DNA from: Candidatus Methanomethylicia archaeon
GTDB lineage: Archaea > Thermoproteota > Methanomethylicia > Culexarchaeales > Culexarchaeaceae
NCBI GenBank assembly: GCA_038825625.1
Contig: JAWBOZ010000002.1
Location: forward strand, 1 to 28,328
Reading direction: 5' to 3'
Length of the DNA stretch: 28,328 bases
Numbering within the stretch: the first letter of the stretch is position 1; each line of letters starts with the position of its first letter. This document shows, in pieces, positions 1-6,976 of the stretch. The position numbers and the translations under genes are program-made. Under the pieces are notes generated by a model that was not told where the DNA came from, ran no database searches, and was given only the letters and a program-made list of their open reading frames with translations.

Positions 1-1
1 A

Positions 2-316
2 AAACTGGACCTATGGAAGGTAATAAACTTTGTTAGAAATGAGCTTGACGTACAGTACGCCATAATCCATCCGCAGCTCTGTGTCACGGATGGAGACAAC
101 TTTCTCAGGGATTATCTGAAGGAGACAGATAAGGATAAAATATACATTGTAGGTGGATGCGACCCGAGGATGCAGAGGAAGATGCTCAAGGATGTTTTCG
201 CTGAGAAGGGCTTAGACTTTGATAAGCAAGTGGTTTCCTTAGATTTGAGGAATATGGAAACGGCAGAAGCCATGAAGAAGGTTGAGAACGCTGTTAGAAA
301 TGTGATTGGTGCTTAG
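2..316 (+). CDS. 5'-truncated small protein resembling the N-terminal Fe-S domain of heterodisulfide reductase subunit A (HdrA-like)
   Basis: Absent from the ORF track because it has no start in the window. The open frame from nt 2 to TAG 314-316 reads KLDLWKVINFVRNELDVQYAIIHPQLCVTDGDNFLRDYLKETDKDKIYIVGGCDPRMQRKMLKDVFAEKGLDFDKQVVSLDLRNMETAEAMKKVENAVRNVIGA*. QLC...G and IVGGCDPRMQ...F...GL...LDLR parallel the HdrA N-terminal pattern (xCS..GQ; VVAACSPRxH..F...GL...NIRE). Confidence 0.6.
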   Translation, partial: KLDLWKVINFVRNELDVQYAIIHPQLCVTDGDNFLRDYLKETDKDKIYIVGGCDPRMQRKMLKDVFAEKGLDFDKQVVSLDLRNMETAEAMKKVENAVRNVIGA

Positions 317-337
317 GATGAGCAAGGAGAAAGGAAT

Positions 338-634
338 ATGAGTTCAGAGGAAAAACATGTGTCAATTCCACGTGAGGAAATCCCATGGTTTCCTACAATT
401 GATTATGAGAAATGCACTGGATGCCTTACATGTGTGAAGATTGATAAAGAAGCAGGTCATTATGTCTATGAGGTTGAAGGAAATCCACCTCGTCCAGTGG
501 TAAAGAATCCTTATTCATGTGTTGTGGGCTGCCAGATGTGCGCAAAAATGTGTCCAAACAATGCAATTACGTTTCCATCAATGGATGAGTTAAGGAAGAT
601 TTTGAAGAAATTGAGACTGAAGTACCCTCAATAA
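338..634 (+). CDS. 4Fe-4S dicluster-type ferredoxin family protein
   Basis: WFPTIDYEKCTGCLTCVKID and CVVGCQMCAKMCPNNAI motifs; AAGGA RBS upstream of the ATG. Confidence 0.85.
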   Translation: MSSEEKHVSIPREEIPWFPTIDYEKCTGCLTCVKIDKEAGHYVYEVEGNPPRPVVKNPYSCVVGCQMCAKMCPNNAITFPSMDELRKILKKLRLKYPQ

Positions 635-766
635 AATTATATAATCTCATTTATCAAATTTTTTATAAAGTTGTGGAAATTGAGTAATTCAAATAAATGG
701 AAAAAATAAACCTATAAATAAAAGGAAGGGCATCAGAACTAGATGTAGATGTTCAGATTTGGCGGT

Positions 767-785
767 TGTATAAACTTCTTATACA
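767..785. promoter_or_regulatory. Perfect 7-bp inverted repeat, candidate operator upstream of prs
   Basis: TGTATAA-ACTTC-TTATACA, about 25 nt upstream of a TATA-like TTTATTAA (811-818). Confidence 0.25.
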
Positions 786-856
786 TGTTTCCATCAATCT
801 ATGCTGAACTTTTATTAATTTGGCAATAATATTTATTATTGTTTATGGTGGTTTAA

Positions 857-1738
857 TTGAAATTGATTGCAGGCCCCTCATCATATGGTTTAGGTATATA
901 TATATCTAAATTACTATCGTTGGATATGATTAATTTAGAATGGAAAATTTTTCCTGATGGTGAAAGTTATTTTAGATTTCCATCAAAGATTGATGACGTT
1001 GTTATTTTGGTACATTCATTGTCTCCTCCTCAAGATAAGAGGATTGTGGAATTATTCTTTTTGATAAAGGGTTTACGTAGTTATGGTGCCAATGATATAA
1101 TACTGGTTTTGCCATATCTTGCATATATGCGTCAAGATAAGAAGTTTCTTGATGGAGAAATAATTAGCATTGAAGTTCTTGGGGAATTATTGAGTTTTTA
1201 TGGTGTTAATAAATACGTATTTGTTGATGTTCACAGCAGTGAAGTACTAAAATTTTTTAAGGGAGAAATCATTGAGGTTTCTGCATTCCCACTTTTTCGT
1301 GATATACTCTTAACATATGATCTTGTGAATCCACTTATTTTAGCTCCTGACGTTAAAGCTTTTAAATATGCTGAAGTTGTAGCCCGTAACATCGGTGCTG
1401 AATGCGATTACATTGTTAAAAGGAGGGATAGGAGTACTGGGGAAATTGAATCTTATGCTAAGGATCTGAATGTCAATGGTAGGGATGTAGTTTTAGTTGA
1501 TGACATTATTACTACTGGAGGGACTATTGTTAATGCTGCAAAACTTTTAAAAGGTTATGGTGTAAATAGGATTTTTGCATGTTGTTCTCATGGCGTTTTT
1601 GTGGGTAATGCTATAACTAATATGCATAATGCTGGTGTTTACGAAATAATATCCACAGATACAATCGAATCTTATTATAGTCGTGTCTCTGTAGCTCCCG
1701 CTATAATTCCTGCAATAAAATCTTTGGTTGAGAAATAA
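857..1738 (+). CDS. prs: Ribose-phosphate pyrophosphokinase
   Basis: FPDGESY, PYLAYMRQDKKF..GE, VDVHS, APD and the PRPP-binding VLVDDIITTGGT motif; TTG start with GGTGG RBS. Confidence 0.97.
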   Translation: MKLIAGPSSYGLGIYISKLLSLDMINLEWKIFPDGESYFRFPSKIDDVVILVHSLSPPQDKRIVELFFLIKGLRSYGANDIILVLPYLAYMRQDKKFLDGEIISIEVLGELLSFYGVNKYVFVDVHSSEVLKFFKGEIIEVSAFPLFRDILLTYDLVNPLILAPDVKAFKYAEVVARNIGAECDYIVKRRDRSTGEIESYAKDLNVNGRDVVLVDDIITTGGTIVNAAKLLKGYGVNRIFACCSHGVFVGNAITNMHNAGVYEIISTDTIESYYSRVSVAPAIIPAIKSLVEK

Positions 1739-1740
1739 TT

Positions 1741-2772
1741 ATGGAAAATATATTTTTCAGATTATCCTGTGAACATTCATCTCTTCCGATAGCTGAAATT
1801 AAAGCTATTATGGAAGCTGAGAATATACCATATAAACATAAGTTCTCGCCTCCATGTACATTAAGGGTTTCAATGCCTCTAAATTATGTTGATGTGGTTC
1901 TTAAAAGGTCTAGTATGACTTTATTTTGTGCAAAAGAACTTGTATTTTGTGATGCTGAATATAAGAGCATAATAAAATCTTGTAGGGATGTTGATTGGTC
2001 CTTTCTTTCCGGTAAATCTTTCTATGTAAGAGTTAAAAGGGTATTATCTTCTTCAATGATGCTCTCAACGAGGATTTTAGAATTAGAAATTGGGAGGATA
2101 ATTAATGATAGTTTACATGGTTGTGCTCATGTAAATTTTAAATCTCAAGATATAACTATTATTGGGATTTTAAGTGGTGATAACTTTATTTTGGGTATTT
2201 TTTTAGGTGAATCTTCTAGAAGTGTTTTTCATTCAAGGTGGGTTGGTTATCGACCATTTATACATCCAAGTTCTTTAGATCCCATTACTTCTAGGCTATT
2301 TGTAAATTTATGTAGGGTTAGACGTGGAAATGTTTTTCTTGATCCATTCTGTGGGTTTGGTGGATTACTTATTGAAGCTGCATTAATTGGTTGTGAAGTT
2401 ATAGGTTTAGATGTTGATGAAAAGATGATTCGTGGATGTAAATCTAACATGGAATTTTTGGGAATTAATAGATTTCATTTGATTTTGGGAGATGCTAGAA
2501 GTCTTCCACTTAAATCTATAAATTACGTTGCAACTGATCCTCCATATGGGAGAACGGCATCTACTAAAGGTATGAATTTAAAAATTTTATTATTAAATTT
2601 TCTTGAAGAAATGAAAGTTTTATTATCAAAAAATGGATATGTATGTTTAGCAGCTCCAATCAATATTGGTTTGAGCTATCTTGGTTTAAATGCTGGTTTT
2701 AATCTTGTTGAATCACATTTGATGAAAGTTCATAAAAGCTTGATTAGAGAGATTTGTGTTTTTAAATTGTAG
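1741..2772 (+). CDS. trm11: THUMP-domain tRNA (guanine(10)-N2)-methyltransferase (Trm11/TrmG10 family)
   Basis: N-terminal FRLSCEHSSLPIAEI, THUMP-like SFYVRVKR, SAM motif LDPFCGFGGLLIEA and catalytic ATDPPYGR. Confidence 0.85.
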   Translation: MENIFFRLSCEHSSLPIAEIKAIMEAENIPYKHKFSPPCTLRVSMPLNYVDVVLKRSSMTLFCAKELVFCDAEYKSIIKSCRDVDWSFLSGKSFYVRVKRVLSSSMMLSTRILELEIGRIINDSLHGCAHVNFKSQDITIIGILSGDNFILGIFLGESSRSVFHSRWVGYRPFIHPSSLDPITSRLFVNLCRVRRGNVFLDPFCGFGGLLIEAALIGCEVIGLDVDEKMIRGCKSNMEFLGINRFHLILGDARSLPLKSINYVATDPPYGRTASTKGMNLKILLLNFLEEMKVLLSKNGYVCLAAPINIGLSYLGLNAGFNLVESHLMKVHKSLIREICVFKL

Positions 2773-2781
2773 GTGATCAAT

Positions 2782-3723
2782 ATGAGTGTGAAACTAGTAT
2801 TTTTGGGAACAAGTGCTGGTTTACCGACTATAAAGCGTGGTTTATCTTGTATTGCACTTAAGTATTGTGGTGATTTATTGATATTTGATTGTGGTGAAGG
2901 TGCTCAGAGAAGTATGATTATGGCTGGTTTAGGTTTCCCTCAAAATTTTAAAATCTTTATTACACATATGCATGGTGACCATGTTCTGGGAATTTTAGGT
3001 TTGATTCAAACATTATCTTTGATGGATAGATCTTTTGATGTACATATTTATGGTCCTGCTGGTATTGCAGATTTTGTTAACTATAATAAGAAGATCTTGA
3101 ATTTTCATTTATCATATAAATTATATTTGCATGAAATTAGTTCTGGCATAATACTTGATGATAAGAATTACATTATTAGAGCTGTGGAATCTGAGCATGT
3201 TAAACCCAGTTATGCATATTCGTTTGAGGAAAAACTTAAACCAGGTAAATTTTACCCTGAAAAAGCTTTAGCACTTGGTGTTCCTAGAGGTCCTTTATGG
3301 AAGAAGCTGCAGGAAGGGGCTCCCGTTCACAACATTTTTGGAAATTTAGTGTTTCCAGAACAAGTTATGGATCCTCCAAGGGCTGGTTTAAAAATTGTTT
3401 ATTCTGGGGATACACGTCCATGTGAAAATGTTTTAAATTTAAGTAAAGGTGCTGACATTTTAATTTATGATTCAACTTTTGATGATTCTCTCGTTGATAA
3501 AGCTTTTTTAGATATGCATTCAACTGCTAGTGAAGCTGCTGAAATAGCAGCTAAAGCTAATGTGAAACTACTTGTTTTAACGCATATTAGTGCTAGATAT
3601 GACTCTTCACATGAGATTCTACTTAAGCAAGCTAAAGAAAAGTTTAATAATGTTATTGTAGCCGAAGATTTTCTTGAAATATCCATTTCTAAGGATATGA
3701 TTAGCTCAAAGCGATTAATTTAG
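2782..3723 (+). CDS. rnz: Ribonuclease Z (tRNA 3' endonuclease)
   Basis: FLGTSAGLPT, FDCGEGAQR, ITHMHGDHVLG, exosite ALALGVPRGPLW, YSGDTRP, HST, LTHISARY. Start moved from GTG 2773 to ATG 2782 because AGGTGA (2771-2776) reads as its RBS. Confidence 0.97.
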   Translation: MSVKLVFLGTSAGLPTIKRGLSCIALKYCGDLLIFDCGEGAQRSMIMAGLGFPQNFKIFITHMHGDHVLGILGLIQTLSLMDRSFDVHIYGPAGIADFVNYNKKILNFHLSYKLYLHEISSGIILDDKNYIIRAVESEHVKPSYAYSFEEKLKPGKFYPEKALALGVPRGPLWKKLQEGAPVHNIFGNLVFPEQVMDPPRAGLKIVYSGDTRPCENVLNLSKGADILIYDSTFDDSLVDKAFLDMHSTASEAAEIAAKANVKLLVLTHISARYDSSHEILLKQAKEKFNNVIVAEDFLEISISKDMISSKRLI

Positions 3724-4109
3724 TTTTCAGAAGTAAGCCAATCTATTACCTCATTAATTTTTTCACATACTATTTCCACAGTTATTGGCCCAAGTGGGGA
3801 TTCCCCCTCCTTTTCACAAAATGATATTTGCCCCATATATGCTGCTTGTTTATTAAGATAAAACACCATCCTATCTTCAGTAATTGATCGTTTTAATACA
3901 GCTTTTGCAGCACTCAGTATTCTCCTCTTCCTCAGCATTTCACGTAGTTTTGATAGAGATTCTATATTCTTCTCTTCACTTACTAAAATCCTTTTGCCGT
4001 CCTCCTCTATTAACTCAACTTTTTCTGAGACAAAAATGTTTAATAATGCTTTTTTCACTTTATTTTCATCTTCTGTTGGTCTTACTTCAGTTTTAACTCT
4101 TATTTTCAT
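3720..4109 (-). CDS. UPF0201 (DUF54) archaeal protein
   Basis: MKIRVKTEVRPTEDENKVKKALLNIF, LRKRRILSAA, LNKQAAYMGQISF, ESPLGPI are typical of the family. 4-nt ATGA overlap with the upstream UPF0200 gene. Confidence 0.85.
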   Translation of the reverse strand: MKIRVKTEVRPTEDENKVKKALLNIFVSEKVELIEEDGKRILVSEEKNIESLSKLREMLRKRRILSAAKAVLKRSITEDRMVFYLNKQAAYMGQISFCEKEGESPLGPITVEIVCEKINEVIDWLTSEN

Positions 4110-4654
4110 AAATTGTCCATCATCTCCTCTAAAATTTTCAAAGTATTTTCTTCTAATTCCTCCTTTGTTCCTTCATTTATGATCACTTTATCTGCTAAAG
4201 CTATTACTTTACCTATCCCAATTTCTAATTCTTTAAAGTCTCTTTCTTGAAATTCTTCCCACGTTTTCGGGTCATCACTTCTCCCTCTATCTACAAGTCT
4301 TCTAAATCTAGTTTTTGGAGATGCATGTACAGCAACTATTACTACATTTCCAATTTTTCTAAATTCCTCAACTTCTTCTAAATTTCTAACACCTTCTATC
4401 AAAATTTTGTTTGAATCTATTTTCTTAATTTTCTCTATACATTTTAAAGCTATTATGTTTGCACCCATAGTTTTTCTCATTTCCATCATTAACCATCCCA
4501 GATTATTTAAAGTCGGCTCTATATTCCTATTTTTTGCTTCTTCTCTAATAACATCTCCCATAGTTATCGTAGTTATACCCATTCTTTTTGCAATTTCACT
4601 TATCATCGATTTTCCAGATCCCGGCATTCCTGTAAGGCATATTATGATTCTAAT
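4106..4654 (-). CDS. UPF0200 P-loop nucleotide kinase (CoaE/adenylate-kinase-like), probable ATT start
   Basis: GMPGSGKS P-loop, MGDVIREEA, IEGVRNLEEV, VHASPKTRFRRL..RGRSDDP, ADKVIINEG. The track start (4627) cuts off the beta-strand preceding the P-loop. ATT at 4654 gives MRIIICLTGMPGSGKS with GGGGA 6 nt upstream; an in-frame TAA lies at 4669-4667. Confidence 0.85.
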   Translation of the reverse strand: MRIIICLTGMPGSGKSMISEIAKRMGITTITMGDVIREEAKNRNIEPTLNNLGWLMMEMRKTMGANIIALKCIEKIKKIDSNKILIEGVRNLEEVEEFRKIGNVVIVAVHASPKTRFRRLVDRGRSDDPKTWEEFQERDFKELEIGIGKVIALADKVIINEGTKEELEENTLKILEEMMDNL

Positions 4655-4723
4655 AGTACATCCCCTTTAAATATTTATTAAAGTTTATTTAGTTTTTCTC
4701 CTTATTTATTTGAGGTGTTTATT

Positions 4724-5284
4724 TTGGATCTTATTAGGGTTTTTATAGCAATTGATGTTGACGATAATATTTTAAACTCTTTAGTTAAGGTTCAGGAGGA
4801 AATGGCTTCTCTAAATTGTGACATTAAATTTGTGGAGAGGGAGAATATTCATTTAACATTAAAATTCCTAGGTGAGATTCCTCTAAGTAAAGTTAATGAA
4901 GTTTGTAATGTTATGAATAACATAAATTTTCCTCGTTTTATACTTGAGGTTAAAGGATTGGGTGTTTTTCCAAATCTTAATAGGCCTAGGGTTATTTGGG
5001 CTGGTGTTAGCGAAGGTTATCAAAAGGTTTTAGAAATCTTTAAATTTTTAGATTTTAATCTGAGAAAGTTAAATTTTAAATCTGAAATTGAAGAATTCAC
5101 CCCACATATAACTATTGGAAGGTTTAGAAGTAGTAGAAATATTAATACATTTGTAGATTTCATTAAAAATTATAGAAATATTGTTTTTGGAAGGTTCAAC
5201 GTTACTTCCGTGCGTTTAAAGAAAAGTGTATTAACTCCTAAGGGTCCTATATACTCAAATCTACATGAGGTTATGCTGGTGTAG
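4724..5284 (+). CDS. thpR: RNA 2',3'-cyclic phosphodiesterase (2H family, ThpR/LigT)
   Basis: RVFIAID, two HxT motifs (HLTLKFLGE, PHITIGR), PRVIWAGV, S.LTPKGPIY. TTG 4724 preferred over GTG 4715 because GAGGTG (4712-4717) reads as the RBS. Confidence 0.93.
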   Translation: MDLIRVFIAIDVDDNILNSLVKVQEEMASLNCDIKFVERENIHLTLKFLGEIPLSKVNEVCNVMNNINFPRFILEVKGLGVFPNLNRPRVIWAGVSEGYQKVLEIFKFLDFNLRKLNFKSEIEEFTPHITIGRFRSSRNINTFVDFIKNYRNIVFGRFNVTSVRLKKSVLTPKGPIYSNLHEVMLV

Positions 5285-5289
5285 TTCAT

Positions 5290-6726
5290 ATGAGCTTAAA
5301 TGAAATTCTGTCTAAGGCTTTAAGTAGTCTTAAACCTAGTGAGGAAGAGCGATTAAAAATTGAAAATTTACTGTATGAATTTTTGAGTTATTTACAAGAT
5401 TGTATTAAAAAACTTAATTTGAATATAGAAGTTGAAGTTGAAGGATCTATTGCAAAAGATACTTGGTTATCTAAGGAACAGGACATAGATGTCTTTCTAA
5501 TCTTTCCTAAAAATTTTAATAAAAGTGATTTTAGGAAGGTAATTATAAGTTTAGCGAAATGTGTCGTTGGAGATAAATTTGTTGAAGCTTATGCTGAGCA
5601 TCCATATGTAGAATTAAACTACAATAGTGTTAGGATAGACATGGTTCCATGCATTAAATTATCCTCTATTGATGAAGCCAAAACTGCTGTTGATAGAACG
5701 CCTTTTCATACAGCATACGTAAAAGCCAATTTAAATGAGAATCTTAAAGATGAGATTAGATTACTTAAAGGGTTTATGAAGGGTATAGGATGCTATGGTG
5801 CTGAAACAAAAATCAAAGGATTTTCTGGCTATTTATGTGAACTCCTAGTCTTATATTATAGGTCATTTTTAAATGTTTTAAATAACTCAATTAAATGGAA
5901 ACCTTACCATACACTAATAGATATTGCGCATTATTATGATGATGCTGAAAAAGCTATTAAATTATTTAATGCTCCTTTAGTGGTTATAGATCCTGTAGAT
6001 AAAAATAGAAATGTTGCTGCAGCATTATCAATGGAATCTATGTCAAAATTTATTTCTGCTGCAAGATTATTTCTAGAATCACCAGATTTAAATTTCTTTT
6101 ACCCTGAATCAGTAAAACCTATGCCGAGGGATGAACTCATAAGGGAAATTAAGAATAGAGGGGATAGCCTAATATTCATAATTACGAAATGCCCAAAAGT
6201 TCATAGCGAAGTTCTTTGGGGTCAGTTATATCGCTCTCTTGAAGGATTAAAGAAGCTTATATTAAATTTTGATTTCCACATAATCAATTATGATGTTTGG
6301 TCTGATGAAAAAGGATTGGTCATCTTCATTTTTGAATTAGAGTCTTCAATACTACCAAATATAAAGAGACATGTGGGTCCACCAATTTACATACAAAATG
6401 AGGTTAAAAGCTTTTTAAACAAATATTTAAATTCACCCATGATCTTTTCAGGCCCTAAAATCGAAGGTTATAGATGGATTGTTTACATTAAGCGTAAATA
6501 CGCAAACATTAAACAACTATTATCTGAGAAAATATTTACTGCAAAATTAGGCGATTTGATAAAATCTTCACTAAAAGAAAAATGTACGATTCTAGAAAAT
6601 GAGGAAATAGTTGAATTATATTCTAGTAATAATGATTTTTCAACTTTCTTAACAAATTACCTTAAGGGAGTATATCCTTGGTTGATTAAAAATAACTATA
6701 TATCTTCATCCAACTTCATAATATAG
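5290..6726 (+). CDS. cca: CCA-adding enzyme (archaeal class I tRNA nucleotidyltransferase)
   Basis: EGSIAKDTWL...DIDVF, YAEHPY, AVDRTPFHT, GFSGYLCELL, DPVDKNRNVAAALS. Confidence 0.97.
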   Translation: MSLNEILSKALSSLKPSEEERLKIENLLYEFLSYLQDCIKKLNLNIEVEVEGSIAKDTWLSKEQDIDVFLIFPKNFNKSDFRKVIISLAKCVVGDKFVEAYAEHPYVELNYNSVRIDMVPCIKLSSIDEAKTAVDRTPFHTAYVKANLNENLKDEIRLLKGFMKGIGCYGAETKIKGFSGYLCELLVLYYRSFLNVLNNSIKWKPYHTLIDIAHYYDDAEKAIKLFNAPLVVIDPVDKNRNVAAALSMESMSKFISAARLFLESPDLNFFYPESVKPMPRDELIREIKNRGDSLIFIITKCPKVHSEVLWGQLYRSLEGLKKLILNFDFHIINYDVWSDEKGLVIFIFELESSILPNIKRHVGPPIYIQNEVKSFLNKYLNSPMIFSGPKIEGYRWIVYIKRKYANIKQLLSEKIFTAKLGDLIKSSLKEKCTILENEEIVELYSSNNDFSTFLTNYLKGVYPWLIKNNYISSSNFII

Positions 6727-6752
6727 TTCTAAATTAAAACCAAAACGATGAT

Positions 6753-6787
6753 GGGAGGAGCCTTTTCCACAAAGCTTCCTTTCTTTT
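6753..6787 (+). terminator. Stem-loop followed by a T-tract downstream of cca (candidate terminator or structured RNA)
   Basis: GGGAGGAGCCTTT-TCCAC-AAAGCTTCCTTTC pairs at 12 of 13 positions (3 G-U, 1 C-C mismatch) and is followed by TTTT. Confidence 0.3.
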
Positions 6788-6888
6788 CATAGTACAAACG
6801 AGACGTAAGTCATTAATTTGAAGTCCCTTGATTTTTACAATAATTTTATCTTAATTACTAATATGGGTGAGGATGAGCTTAGATGTGA

Positions 6889-6964
6889 TGGGGCCGCTGG
6901 GATTTGAACCCAGGACCACCAGCGCCCCAGGCTGGCATCCTAATCCAAGCTAGACGACGGCCCC
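6889..6964 (-). tRNA. tRNA-Pro(GGG), intronless, CCA not encoded
   Basis: Reverse complement GGGGCCGTCGTCTAGCTTGGATTAGGATGCCAGCCTGGGGCGCTGGTGGTCCTGGGTTCAAATCCCAGCGGCCCCA. Acceptor stem GGGGCCG/CGGCCCC, anticodon arm CCAGC-CT-GGG-GC-GCTGG, T arm CTGGG-TTCAAAT-CCCAG; followed by TCA. Confidence 0.98.
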
Positions 6965-6976
6965 ATAATTTTGCTC

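Noticed and set aside
731-785. Box C/D guide RNA on the minus strand (two CTGA motifs at 733-736 and 753-756)
   Set aside because: Only 16 nt separate the two D-like boxes and no RUGAUGA C or C' box sits at the expected positions.
6734-6790. 18-codon minus-strand ORF MKRKEALWKRLLPSSFWF
   Set aside because: Very short, no RBS, and it coincides with the hairpin; chance is the simpler explanation.
6889-6964. tRNA-Pro as an attachment site of an integrated element
   Set aside because: No duplicate of the tRNA 3' or 5' half and no integrase were seen in the window, and the flanking genes are housekeeping.
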